A stretch of DNA of 55,822 nucleotides from Macrostomum lignano (lineage: Eukaryota): contig NIVC01003189.1 of the NCBI GenBank assembly GCA_002269645.1, positions 1 to 55,822 of the forward strand, read 5' to 3'. Below, piece by piece: positions 1 through 12,376 of this stretch. A program made the translations under genes and the position numbers. The notes under the pieces are model-generated. The model saw only the letters and a list, made by a program, of their open reading frames with translations. It had not been told where the DNA came from and searched no databases. The first letter of the stretch is position 1; each line of letters begins with the position of its first letter.

Positions 1-690
1 AAGTGAGTCAGGGAGGGTCAAGGCAATCGAAGTGAGTCAGGGAGGGTCAAGGCAATCGAAGTGAGTCAGGAGGGTCAAGGCAATCAAGTGAGTCAGGGAG
101 AGTCAAGGCAATCAAGTGAGTCAGGGAGGGTCAAGGCAATCAAGTGGAGTCAGGAAGGGTCAAGGCAATCAAGTGAGTCAGGGAGGGTCAAGGCAATCAA
201 GTGAGTCAGGAGGGTCAAGGCAATCAAGTGAGTCAGGAAGGGTCAAGGCAATCAAGTGAGTCAGGAGGGTCAAGGCAACGCAAGTGATCAGGGAGGGTCA
301 AGGCAATCAAGTGAGTCAGGGAGGGTCAAGGCAATCAAGTGATCAGGAAGGGTCAAGGCAATCAAGTGAGTCAGGAGAGTCAAGCTAATCAAGTGAGTCA
401 GGGAGGGTCAAGGCAATCAAGTGAGTCAGAGAGGGTCAAGGCAATCAAGTGAGTCAGGAGGGTCAAGGCAATCAAGTGAGTCAGGGAGATCAAGGCTATC
501 AAGTGAGTCAGGGAGGGTCAAGGCAATCAAGTGAGTCAGGAAGGTCAAGGCATCAATGAGTCAGAGAGGGTCAAGGCAATCAAGTGAGTCAGGAAGGGTC
601 AAGGCATCAGTGAAGTCAGGAAGGGTCAAGGCTATCAGTGAGTCAGGAAGGGTCAAGGCAATCAAGTGAGTCGGGAAGGGTCAAGGCTAT
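1..690. repeat. Minisatellite, ~28-29 bp unit (aagtgagtcagggagggtcaaggcaatc), runs off the left edge
   Basis: About two dozen near-identical head-to-tail units, no unique spacers. Confidence 0.95.
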
Positions 691-1999
691 CAGGTGAATC
701 CCCTAGTTTACGAGCTAGCATCTAGATGAATATGGATGGAAAATATCACTTCGGACACAAATATGACAAATAAAAACATACTTTATTGCTTCCTTTCTAG
801 ATAATGCAGAAAAAATTCACTTAAGCGAGTGCTGCTACACTGAGCATGTCTCAAAAGCATCAAGCAAGCAAGAAAATTGGCCTGTTGCGGTAAAATCAAG
901 GCAAAGAATAAATTTTGGCCTCCCCAGCAAAGGCAGCAAAAAAGGCAGGACGTCTTTGATGGCAAATTTCCTGGTTAACACCCACTTTCAGTCTGAAAAC
1001 GGATGCTGGCGGCCCAGTTCAGGAAATTGAACACGGAGTGTGGCGCCTCCGGCTTTGAGCCGCATGCAACCAATTTGTTCTCAGACGCGATGGATTGGAG
1101 CTTTGACTGGGCTTTAAATTGGACTGGCTGGCTTGCGTGTGACTGACAAGCTGACAAAGGAGATGGACTGGACACTGAAACGCTGCAGCAGGACTACTGT
1201 TTGAGCACTGAGAAGTGAGGTGAAAAAAAATTAAATTACTCGGTCGGAGAGGCGGCGGACGGAAGGTCCGGGATAAACTTTCCCCGACACTTTTTCATGA
1301 TCAGAAAAGTTGCTGCTGATGGCTGGACGGCTGGCGGGTAGCGCAGTTTGACCGTCACTAAAAAGGCAATCTTCCATGCGCCTGCAGCTGCGGCTGAGGG
1401 TGGTGGCCAGCAGATGACCGGGGAGGGCAATGTTTGCTCAGCATCAGTCACGCAAAGCTGACAAGCCTTCCTGCACCAGCTGACGCCGCGCGCCGCCACC
1501 TCTGCGCCGCCCTCCCAGCTGCCCTGCTCTTCCTCCTCATCGCCGCTTCCTCGTTGCCTCTCACCCTGCATGCCCTGCGCCCTTCTCTCCGCCTGTCTGC
1601 TTTTTGTGCATTTCGCTTTTAGTTTGTAGAGTTGCCAGGCGGATCCATGCATAGTAGCGATGCGGACTGAGGCACAGACAGGCACTTCGCGCCAAGAAAA
1701 ATGCTACACACTACAGTAGTTCAGTGGGCGCTTTCTCAGCCAGAGGCAGGGATGCCGTGAGAGCTGAGTAGGAAGCATGAGAATGCGTGTAGATACAGTA
1801 GACTGCAATGCCTTCGCTGTTTCACTTTTTGCCTCGAGCAACAGACCGATTTGCTGCCAGACCCGACAGTTTTAGCGATGCAATGTAGCAAAAAACGCAA
1901 AAGCAACTCTTTGAGACTGAGAGCAGCACCTCTTTGAGCTCAATTCAACATGGCATTATTAGGCATGAGAAATGGCAAGCACAATTCCTGAGCACTCGC

Positions 2000-2203
2000 C
2001 TGCATCATGTTGCTGATGCTCTCGCGTTCCGACAGAATCTCGGACAGGTTCTTCGTGCCCAGCACGTTGCGCAGGGTGGTGGCGGCCAGCAGGCGGGTGG
2101 ACCTGTCCGCGTCTTCAACGTTAGTTACGGCGATCACTGGGTTGTAGATTCTGTAGTACACGACCGCGTCAACGGCCACCGTGACAGAGTCCTTCGTGAG
2201 CAC
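2000..2203 (-). CDS. STOM: Stomatin/band-7 (SPFH) gene, internal exon VLTKDSVT...ISNMMQ (68 codons, phase 0/0)
   Basis: VLTKDSVTVAVDAVVYYRI...TRLLAATTLRNVLGTKNLSEILSERE is the stomatin SPFH core. Acceptor gtgcag at 2204-2209; GC-type donor GCGAGT at 1999-1994. Later exons not found in 1-2000, so they lie outside the window. Confidence 0.95.
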
Positions 2204-3525
2204 CTGCACCGGACAGACAAAGTCAAGGATTCTTAGAATATTGCAAGCATTTCCACTTGAATAGAAAGCATGCACTGAAAATCATCTTGCACTCATTGCG
2301 GTGAAAAAATATGATAAATCATAAAGAGAATGCGTCACGGCAAAAATGAACACTCGGTGTGGTACAGCCCTGCCCGCCTCTCACCCAGCCCCTTAGATCC
2401 GTCCATCATCGCGACGCGCTGCACAAGACGACGGACGACGGGGCTGCATTCACGCACTCGTCGCTCACACTTGAGAGAGGCCCAGATTAACGCGGCAGAC
2501 TGAGAGGTCCCGGGTCAAAGGAGGAAGGCCTGACCGGATTAATGGATCGGTGTTGCATGAAGGGACGACAGGCGAGAAACAAGATAATTCCCATTTGGGA
2601 TTTGGGAAGGTGAAGGGATGATGATTCTGGTCACAGGCGCGGGATGGCCTAGGTGGTAATTGAGATGCGGAATAATGAGGAGATTTGACTCTGGGAGATG
2701 GGGGGGCATCCCAGCCAGTCAGCCCGAGTGGCCGCACTATAGAGCAGGATGAAGATGTGCGCAAACTGCAAAGCTCCATCATTACTGTGCTGACACCCAG
2801 CATCTCTGAACGGACTCATCATCAGTCAGTGTGCGGCCTATGCAAGCAAACACAGCTACAGTGTGTCCGCAATGTGATTCTATCACTCCCGTCTCTGTTA
2901 GTTCGTCAGCCAACCAAAAAGCCTGCCTGATCGGCTTTGCTTTCTTTTTACCAAATTCGACGCTCCATACTTGTCCAACGCCTGAGGTGGAGACGTTTTT
3001 GCGCTGGCTTTTTAATGGATTTTTTCTGTAAATATTCAGGAGTAGTCAGACCCTAGACTCTGGAACAAATCCTACTCACCTGAAGCCTGAAGTGCTCTCT
3101 TCATTCTCTCTCCCTCTCCGCCCTCTTCCAGACTTCACTGGCGTACCTTCCTGCATCCTCCTTCCCAGCAACCCCCCCCCCGCCTGGCCAGCCCCGGTCT
3201 GGCAGCGGCGGAATTGATTAGAAAAATAAGACAGAAATGCGGAGTCCCCGCCCTCCATGCACGCGACCGGCCGACTCGCTCCGACACTGAGGGCCGAAGC
3301 CCGGCGGCCCCTCCCTCATGAGGCGCTCGCCGCGAAACAATGAATAATAAGAAATCCAATTACCCCAGCGCGGAGCGGCGCCCTTCGGGAAATTTATCCT
3401 CACTTTATAGAACTGAACTGCCTTGATTGGCTTTGCTATTTCAGAAAATAGCCACTCGCGCTGCTATTATTTTTGTGACCGCTAAAAACCCCAGAAGTTA
3501 GTCCAGTCAGCTATTTTTGTAACCT

Positions 3526-3580
3526 TGGCCAGATGCTCAATGCATCGATTGCGCCATAGGACCTGAGTTCGATCCCCGTT
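3526..3580 (+). mobile_element. Possible tRNA-derived SINE head
   Basis: A-box-like tggccagatg and B-box-like gagttcgatcc (3565-3575); no convincing cloverleaf. Confidence 0.35.
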
Positions 3581-3745
3581 GTGGCATACCTTTAATAACA
3601 CTTAATAATCATATTTCAGACAATTGACATAAAAACCATGGCCTGTCGTTTGCTACTGTTGTCCATGGTCTGGCGTCCTGTCAAATTTTAGTTGTCTTTG
3701 GGGGTCCTAGCTTTCGCAATTAGCAACCAGTTGAAGCTTGCTCAC

Positions 3746-3901
3746 CTCCTGCGGCGGCACATCGAAGGTCACTGTGCGCAGGTCCACCTTGCGAATGATG
3801 TCCATGCAGGGCACAATGAAGAACAGGCCGGGGCCTTTGGCGCCGCCTTCGAGTATTCGACCAAGGCGGAAGATCACGGCCCGCTCGTATTCGGCCACCA
3901 C
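3746..3901 (-). CDS. STOM: Stomatin gene, internal exon [16 protein letters not shown]...FDVPPQE (52 codons, phase 0/0)
   Basis: Signature [37 protein letters not shown]; flanked by accag and gtgag. Confidence 0.96.
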
Positions 3902-4007
3902 CTGGTCAGAGTGGGAAGGTTTGGGTTGGTAGCATCGATTTCCCTACTGGTAGCTCTGCACCTGATGATGCGCGCTAAAACGGGGTTGCTTCAGTGTAGC
4001 GCATCTT

Positions 4008-4680
4008 TGGGTTGCCAGCTCCTCCCCCAGTCCATCTGTGGGTTGCTAACACCTCCCCCAGTCCATCTGTGGGTTGCTAACACCTCCCCCAGTCCATCTG
4101 CGGGTTGCCAGCTCCTCCCCCAGTCCATCTGTGGGTTGCCAGCTCCTCCCCCAGTCCATCTGTGGGTTGCCAGCTCCTCCCCCAGTCCATCTGCGGGTTG
4201 CCAGCTCCTCCCCCAGTCCATCTGTGGGTTGCCAGCTCCTCCCCCAGTCCATCTGCAGGTTGCCAGCTCCTCCCCCAGTCCATCTGTGGGTTGCTAACAC
4301 CTCTCCCCAGTCCATCTGTGGGTTGCTAACACCTCTCCCCAGTCCATCTGTGGGTTGCTAACACCTCCCTCAGTCCATCTGCGGGTTGCCAGCACCTTTT
4401 CCAATTCATTTGTGGGTTGCCAGCACCTCTCCCAGTCCATCTGTGGGTTGCTAACACCTCCCCCAGTCCATCTGTGGGTTGCTAACACCTCTCTCAGTCC
4501 ATCTGCGGGTTGCCAGCACCTTTTCCAATTCGTTTGTGGGTTGCCAGCACCTCCCCAGTCCATCTGCGGTTGCCAGCACATTTTCCAATTCGTTTGTGGG
4601 TTGCCAGCACCTCCTCAGTCCATCTGTGTGTTGCCAGCACCTCCCCAGTCCATCTGTGGGCTGCCAGCACCTGCCCCAAC
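4008..4680. repeat. Intronic minisatellite, 31-33 bp unit (ctcctcccccagtccatctgtgggttgccag)
   Basis: Tandem units with variants; accounts for the repetitive MDWGRSWQP / LPAPPPVHL ORFs. Confidence 0.95.
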
Positions 4681-4892
4681 CATAACAAGCTTTCAGTGCT
4701 ATCGGCTTTTAGGAATCGTTTCGCTGATTATCTGATATTGAAAATTTAATTGAAACCAAACCCAGACAGTTAATTTTCATATAGCCCACGAATTCCTTTA
4801 ACACTCACTCAGTATCTCGGTTCAATAAAATCATAATATGTTTCTAAGCTATTTATAGAGCTAAATTGGAAGTCTTATTAGTTTGTGCTTAC

Positions 4893-5002
4893 CTTGATGC
4901 AGAGGCACAATGACAGCGGTAGAGTCACCACAATGAGCGCGTACGACAGGATGATGAGGACGCCACCGCAGAATCCCATGCCCTGAGAGTCCCGCTGCTG
5001 GC
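4893..5002 (-). CDS. STOM: Stomatin gene, membrane-hairpin exon (QQRDSQGMGFCGGVLIILSYALIVVTLPLSLCLCIK), phase-1 acceptor
   Basis: ccgcag acceptor and gtaagc donor; 110 nt = 2 nt + 36 codons; hydrophobic segment with conserved Pro and C-x-K end; joins the next exon in frame. Confidence 0.94.
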
Positions 5003-5127
5003 CTGCGGTGGGCAATGGAGAGATGGGGTATTATAGGCACTGTTCCCGTGTTAATAAGTCTCGAGCATTTTGTTCCGTTAGGATTGAACTATAAGCATTT
5101 GAAAGCAGTCGTATCTTCGTGCCGTCT

Positions 5128-5331
5128 TAGTTTGTCTGTCTGTCTGTCTGTCCCAGTATACTCGTATTTATATGTGTCCATCTAATCTTTTTCCAATCGT
5201 ACCATTGTGAATAATTTTGTAGCTTTATTAAAGTGCTCTCTAGCTATTTTTAGCGCAGTGATATAATTTTAAATAATATTCGCAACGTCAAGATTTCATT
5301 AAGGCCAACCCCCAAAGGGGGAGTGTGCTAG
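5128..5331 (+). mobile_element. Possible non-autonomous Helitron-type element (3' end)
   Basis: (tgtc)n near 5133-5152, hairpin ccccc-aaa-ggggg at 5309-5321, then CTAG (5328-5331) followed by T; 5' boundary uncertain. Confidence 0.35.
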
Positions 5332-5471
5332 TCCACTATACTAAAAACGGTTTGTCTCTATCTACAGATTTTAACATGTAGTTATCTGGAGAAAATAGAT
5401 AAAATACAAGTTAAATAGCACATAAAAGTGTGTCTATCTTCAGCTGTAATAAAGCTTCCCAAAGAGCTCAC

Positions 5472-5535
5472 TGGGATCACTCAGAGGTCCTGTGGCTGGC
5501 GGTTTCTCTCTACTTCGCATGGCGGCGGCGTGCAT
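5472..5535 (-). CDS. Candidate alternative first coding exon of stomatin (MHAAAMRSREKPPATGPLSDP)
   Basis: ATG + 21 codons + 1 nt, then donor gtgagc; phase 1 matches the 5002 acceptor; TATAAAT on minus strand at 5619-5625. Confidence 0.5.
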
Positions 5536-5939
5536 TATTGTCTCGCAGCTTTATTTGTTCTATCGTTTAGTATTTGTCACTTTAGAAGGCTCGCTGTTCT
5601 AGAGAGCGGGCCTCACATATTTATACTAGCTTCTGCACTTCTCGCTCTGACTTTGGATTGAACTCTGGGCAAATCGATGAGGTTGCCATATGATTGGACA
5701 GCTGGTCTGGCCCTATCCCTTATCCAATTTCGCTTGCCCACGGCTTGGGTCCAAGAAGCTAAGGCCAGTGCTAAGGCTAAGGCGATCTGGCAGATTGGCA
5801 GCCCAACACCTGCTGCGAGCGACAAGTGAAAACAGGTGCAGAAACTCCCATCTACATTCTATTTAATAAACTTCCCTGTAGAAACTCAATACAACTATAA
5901 ATTCGCTCCCTATTATTGATAACTAAGTAGTATGGAAGG

Positions 5940-6780
5940 GTGAAAAGAGAAAGGGGGAAGAGACAAGAGAAGGGGGCAGAAGAGACGAGAGAAGGGGCGG
6001 AAGAGATGAGGAAAGGCGGAAGAGACGTGAGGGGGCGGATGAGACGGGAGAAGGGGGCGCAGGAGACGGGAGAAGGGGCGGAGGAGACGGGAGAAGGGGG
6101 CAGAGGAGACGGGAGAAGGGACGGAAGAGATGGGAGAATAAATCAGAAGAGACGGGAGAAGGGGGCGGAAGAGACGGGAGAAGGGGCGGAAGAGACGGGA
6201 GAAGGGGGCGGATGAGACGGGAGAAGGGGGCAAAGGAGACGAGAGAAGGGGGCGGAGGAGACGGGAGAAGGGGCGGAGGAGACGGAAGAAGGGGGGGCGG
6301 AAGAGACGTGAGAAGAGGCGGAAGAGACGGAAGAAGGGGGCGGAGGAGACGGAAGAAGGGGGCGGAGGAGACGGGAGAAGAGGCGGAAGAGGCGGAAGAA
6401 GGGGGCGGAGGAGACGTGAGAAGAGGCGGAAGAGACGGAAGAAGGGGGCGGAGGAGACGGAAGAAGGAGGAGAAGGGGCGGAGAGGCGGAAGAAGGGGGC
6501 GGAGGAGACGGGAAAGGGGTGGAAGAGACGGAAGAAGGGGGAGAAGGACGGAAGGGGGAGGAGACGGAAGAAGGGGGCGGAGGAGACGGGAGAAGGGGCG
6601 GAAGAGGCGGAAGAAGGGGGCGGAGGAGACGGGAGAAGGGGTGGAAGAGACGGAAGAAGGGGCGGAAGAGACGGGAGAAGGGGCGGAAGAGGCGGAAGAA
6701 GGGGGCGGAGGAGACGGGAGAAGGGGTGGAAGAGACGGAAGAAGGGGCGGAAGAGACGGGAGAAGGGGCGGAAGAGACGT
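5940..6780. repeat. Purine-rich degenerate tandem repeat (gagacgggagaagggggcggag-like)
   Basis: Low-complexity G/A array; produces spurious long ORFs on both strands. Confidence 0.92.
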
Positions 6781-7111
6781 GGTAATAGAAAATAGAAATA
6801 GCAATAGGAAATCGAAAAACTAAGATCAATTTGCACACGACACCGGTCAATGTGCCAGTCATTTTGCCTCTTCAGCTGGATGGCACTTTGAAAAGCAGTT
6901 GTGCTAACAAAAGTAAGTGGGGCCAATCGTTGCAGAGTGCCTTGAACCGAGAGACGGTGCTTGCACAGCCGAAATACGTGGCTGCCAATTAATTACTGAG
7001 CAAATCGATAGTGGGAGAGCACGCTTCACTGTGCGATAAGTCTCTGGGGTGATTTTTGTTGTGACAATTGGTTGTCCTTTGCTTCATATTGATTCTAGGC
7101 TGAGCATAGGC

Positions 7112-7900
7112 TGATCCTAAACTGTTTATTGACTGATCATAAACTTTTTATTTTTTTATCCTAAAATGTTTATTGATTGACCATAAACTGTTTACTGCTT
7201 GATCCTAATATGTTTGCTGATTGACCATAAACTGTTTACTGCTTAATCCTAAACTGTTTGCTGATTGACCATAAACTGTTTACTGCTTGATCTTAAACTG
7301 TTTATTGACTAATCATAAACTGTTTATTGATTGATACTAAACTGTTTATTGACTGATCATAAACTTTTTATTTTTTGATCCTAAAATGTTTATTGATTGA
7401 CCATAAACTGTTTATTGATTGACCATAAACTGTTTACTGCTTGATCTTAAACTGTTTATTGACTGTTCATAAACTGTTTACTGATTGATCTTAAACTGTT
7501 TATTGACTGATCATAAACTGTTTACTGATTGATCATAAACTGTTTACTGCTTGATCTTAAACTGTTTATTGACTGATCATAAACTGTTTATTGATTGATC
7601 ATAAACTGTTTATTGATTAATCCGAAGCTGTTTATTGATTCATCCGAAGCTGTTTATTGATTAATTATAAATCATCATAATCTTGATTGATCATAAACTG
7701 TTTATTGACTGGTCATAAACTGTTAATTGATTGATCCTAAACTGTTTATTGATTGATTAGAAAAAAAAACTGTTTATTGACTGGTTATAAACTGTTAATT
7801 GATTGATCCTAAACTGTTTATTGATTGATTAGAAAAAAAACTGTTTATTGATTGATCATAAACTGTTTATTGCTTGATCATAAACTTTTAATTGGCTGAT
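7112..7900. repeat. AT-rich minisatellite, ~23 bp unit (gatcataaactgtttattgatt)
   Basis: Direct tandem units visible. Confidence 0.92.
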
Positions 7901-8706
7901 CATAGAACCTTATTAGCTGTTCCAATTGACTAATAGACTTAAATAGAATCAGCTTCGGTCCGAGCTACACCACTGAATTTATTCACTTAATTCACTACTA
8001 AAAGCAGCAACCAAAGCAAATTTCAGCTAGAAGCCGAGTTTTGAACCTACTGGGAGAGATGCCCGCATGCGCCACTGATAAAAGCGTTGAAGATTCGGGA
8101 GTTGAAGCAGATTCTGTTCCAACTTCAAACAGAATTTTGATGCAAAGAAAGTAAACAGGGAATAGCACGCCCCGGCCAAGCGGGAACCCTCCCTTGAGCA
8201 CTGCTCAGCGTGGTCGAACAAAAATGAAGTTGTTGATATTCCATTATAAAATGCGAGAGCGGTGACAGAGCGTGTTTTTGCGTCAAGGGGGCTTCGCATA
8301 GTTTGCAGCAACAGGGGGTCGGGCGAAGTCGGCGACTTCAGCGACACTTCCCGCTCTCTCCCCATAGCCTTTTATCTCGCCGCGACTGTAGCGGAGGCAG
8401 TCGCTGGGGGGATCAAGAAAACCCATTGCTCCGCGCGATATCCAGAAAATGAGGGATAGAGAGAGAGAGAGAGAGAGAGAGAACTCCAATGGCCGATTAA
8501 ATAATTCACGGCTCAATCAACACTAAAAGAATCGGAGGGACCACTCTCTGTGAGTGTGAATTGAACTGCTGGCTGTTACAATCTCGATAGCTAGATCTAG
8601 CAGTCAATGCTGAACTGTTTTGGCATCTTCCTGTCACAGACTGGTTTGAACTAACTATATTTCAGCAAACCTGACTCAGGGGAGAGAGCTGAAGTAGGGT
8701 CAGGCG

Positions 8707-9980
8707 TAGACAAGTGGCTAATAGCGATAGACACCTTGAGAAGACCCAAGAGGCTAATAGCGATAGACACATTGAGAAGACAAGTGGCTAATAGCGATAG
8801 ACACCTTGAGAAGACAAGTGGCTAAGAGTGGTAGACACATGGAGTAGACAAATGGCTAATAGCGATAAACACTTTTGAGTAGACAAATGACTAATAGCGA
8901 TAGACACTTTGAGGAAATAAGTGACTAATAGCGATAGACACCTGGAGTAGACAAATGACTAATAGCGATAGACACCTGGAGTAGACAAATGACTAATAGC
9001 GATAGACACCTTGAGAAGACAAGTGGCTAAGAGTGGTAGACACATGGAGTAGACAAATGCTAATAGCGATAGACACCTTGAGAAGACAAGTGGCTAAGAG
9101 TGGTAGACACATGGAGTAGACAAATGCTAATAGCGATAGACACCTTGAGAAGACAAGTGGCTAAGAGTGGTAGACACATGGAGTAGACAAATGCTAATAG
9201 CGATAGACACCTTGAGAAGACAAGTGGCTAAGAGTGGTAGACACATGGAGTAGACAAATGCTAATAGCGATAGACACCTTGAGGAGACAAGTGGCTAAGA
9301 GTGGTAGACACATGGAGTAGACAAATGGCTAATAGCGATAAACACTTTTGAGTAGACAAATGACTAATAGCGATAGACACCTTGAGGAGACAAGTGGCTA
9401 AGAGTGATAGCCACATGGAGTAGAAACTTTGGAGTAGACATTATCGCTAATAGCGATAAACACTTTTGAGTAGACAAATGAGTAATAGCGATAGACACCT
9501 GGAGTAGACAAATGCTAATAGCGATAGACACCTTGAGTAGACAAATGCTAATAGCGATAGACACCTGGAGTAGACAAATGACTAATAGCGATAGACACCT
9601 GGAGTAGACAAATGACTAATAGCGATAGACACCTTGAGTAGACAAATGCTAATAGCGATAGACACCTGGAGTAGACAAATGACTAATAGCGATAGACACC
9701 TTGAGTAGACAAATGCTAATAGCGATAGACACCTGGAGTAGACAAATGACTAATAGCGATAGACACCTGGAGTAGACAAATGCTAATAGCGATAGACACC
9801 TTGAGTAGACAAATGACTAATAGCGATAGACACCTGGAGTAGACAAATGACTAATAGCGATAGACACCTGGAGTAGACAAATGACTAATAGCGATAGACA
9901 CCTGGAGTAGACAAATGCTAATAGCGATAGACACCTTGAGTAGACAAATGGCCAATAGCAATAGACACCTTGAGGAGACA
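8707..9980. repeat. Minisatellite, ~29-30 bp unit (gctaatagcgatagacacctggagtagacaaatg-like) with higher-order variants
   Basis: Tandem units; alternating variants around 9000-9300. Confidence 0.95.
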
Positions 9981-10111
9981 ATACGCAAAGGTGCGATAAA
10001 CCAGCGATGATCTAAAGGTGAATGACTGTTGAAAATCACGAATAGCCCGTTGATATTCAAAATCAACAGCAAACTCGGACTGAGACCGCTCTCTCGCCGC
10101 CCTTCACTCAC

Positions 10112-10220
10112 CGTAATCCCTCGGACTGCCCTGCTGCTGCTTGCGCATGCTGCCGACCCGCATGGGGCCCATGACCGGCACCTGCTGGTGTGACGGCTCA
10201 CTTGGCTCAACGCTGGCCAT
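10112..10220 (-). CDS. Candidate alternative first coding exon of stomatin (MASVEPSEPSHQQVPVMGPMRVGSMRKQQQGSPRDY)
   Basis: 36 codons + 1 nt, then consensus donor G|gtgagt; phase 1; GC-rich codon style like the confirmed exons; further in-frame ATG at 10229. Confidence 0.6.
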
Positions 10221-12376
10221 GCTTTGCATGCAGGAAGAATATCCTTGTCGCCCGTGACACTTGCCTCCTCCCCGTGAGGCGGTGACTGGAGTATTAGGGA
10301 GACGGGTCCTTAACTCCTTTTTTAGGCGGAAAAAAGAAGAAGAAATGCTTCTAAACTGTTCTTCGCCTGCTGCTCCTGGGCTGAATCGACTCAGCCTTGG
10401 CTAGTGCTTGCTTTTGAGAGGATTTAGGGGGATCTGCCGGGTGGCCGGAATGGCTGGGTGGGAGAGAAGGACAGGGGCGGCCGCCTCGGCACCCAGTTGG
10501 CTGGGAGAGAAAGCGAGAGACAGAGAAGGCCGGGACTGCCGCTGCTGTGGAGTCTCTTCTTGAAGTGCGCCAGCGGTAGCAGCAGCAGCAGCAGCAGCAG
10601 CAGGGCGGCAGAAGAGCCATTTTTTCTGGAATTTGATTTCCTTGCGTTTGACTCCCCTATCGCTCAGGTGGAGAGGAGGGGAGACCAAAAATGGGTGGGG
10701 CAGAACAAGGGAGAGTTGCGAGGCAAAGACTCAAGCCATTCTGGGGGGGGGGGGGAAGTTATGTCCGGAGGAGCGGGCACAGAGCGGCCACCGTCCTCCC
10801 CACCTGCACTAACGCGCTATTGCTCCGATTTCCTGTCACGTGATCCTAAACTGCTGCGCTCCTCTCCGCGGAACCCACTCCCCGCCCAGTGGGCGCTCAC
10901 GCAAGTCGCGGTCGTCAAGAGAGGGGGGGGGCAGAAAAAAAGATAATTGTTAGAGAAAAACGCGATCTTGTTTTTCCTTTGGAAACAGCTGCCGCCGCAG
11001 TGGAGGAAGAGGAGGTCACACGGGGACTCAGCTGCGTTCCCTGGGTGTGCGCAAACTTACTCACCTGTCCCCATCAGTCTGTCCTCCTCTTTTTAGCCAC
11101 ATACGCGTATTTGCAGAACCAATTCATCTGAAATTAATGCTTCATAGGGGGGAAAGAGGTTTTTTGCCCAAGTGCTGATGAGGTTGGACCAATTAATTTA
11201 CTGCCCCACCGCCCCCAACCGCGGCTCTGAAAGAAGAGAGGCGGGAGTTGCTGGAATATTGAAATGCATCTCATATCAGAGTTAGTCTGTTTGGCCCACT
11301 CTAATAAGATAGATCATTGTATTCTGGTTCATTCGACTGCAAATCGGGGGGGGGGGGAGTTGGGGGGATTAGAGGGAATAAGCAGCATACGAAATGATAA
11401 GTATGGGCTTTGACAATATCTCTAAAAAATGCCCCGGCCACGCGGGCAAAATGATTTCCTCTGCAGCTACTTCGGCTATATGGTAAAGAAGGGAACTCTG
11501 CTTCAACTTCGACCTCACTCTGAGCATGAGCTCCATATCCCAGAGCACTATCATGGCTGTTGCTAGGACAGCATTGACTCAACCCGCCCCCGTTCTCTCT
11601 GAGCCACTCTAAGCTCATTCCAGCCTTCCCAGTATGTTTTAGTGGCTTAATGCTTAAATTACTCCGGGGCTGGGGTATCGGCGACCCCCTGCCGATCCTC
11701 ACAGCCGGTCTTGAGTGGCGACGTGAGCTGAACTTTCCCCCATGCGAGCCCTCTCCCGCCCCGGCATTCTGTCCTCTGTGCGGCCGCCCGCATGGCAACT
11801 CCTCACTATCCTGGCAAAGATGAGGCGCAGAGGCTGAAACCTGCTGATTTCGCACTCAGAAAGTTTCTTTTCTGCCGCTGCTTCTTTGTTGGCGCAGGCG
11901 GAAGCGCAGAATGGGGCTTCAGACGGATCGAAGATCTCGCATTCACTTGGCTGAACTGCCAGGACTCAACTGGGGCGCATAGCTGTCAATCAATACTTGC
12001 GGGGGCAGCTGGTTTCTCTCTGATCGGCAGCGCGCCTGAGCTGAGCTGAATTAGAGCAGCGAGCTTCACGCAGAGAAAGTGAGAAGTGCTGAGCGAAGGA
12101 AAGCTCAACATAGAATAGGATGCACTGGCTGCACTGGCTGCAGCAGATTAAGTTGAGAGCTAATCCGCAACATCAAGTTTCTGCAAGATTGCTGACTCTA
12201 ACCCTCTAGCAAACACACCCACACACACACACAGTTCAGCAACTTTAGTTCTCCAACAGGGTGCTTGGAGCAGAACTGTTTTCCTGTTTTCAAATCCAGC
12301 AATAGACCATCGAAAAATATGATTTTCGCTAAAATTTTTGCTACGAGTAAAAACTTACTGGCTCGGTGAGGCTGGA

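Noticed and set aside
700-1990. Unique island with several short ORFs; searched for the next stomatin exon (…LDEATDPWG…)
   Set aside because: No such motif was found and no ORF has recognisable homology.
2385-3104. Two ATG + phase-1 donor pairs (2385-2409 MMDGSKGL; 3080-3104 MKRALQAS) inside the stomatin intron between exons 3746-3901 and 2000-2203
   Set aside because: The next exon is phase 0, so they cannot join in frame. They are either chance, which tempers the first-exon finding, or belong to an unseen transcript.
3991-6926. Long repetitive ORFs (MDWGRSWQP..., PPPSSVSSAP..., RRGGRDG...)
   Set aside because: They are translations of minisatellites and low-complexity DNA, open in several frames on both strands. 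The same applies to ORFs at 14570-15427, 16765-17218, 24699-25229, 33900-34555, 40786-41251 and 41601-41975.
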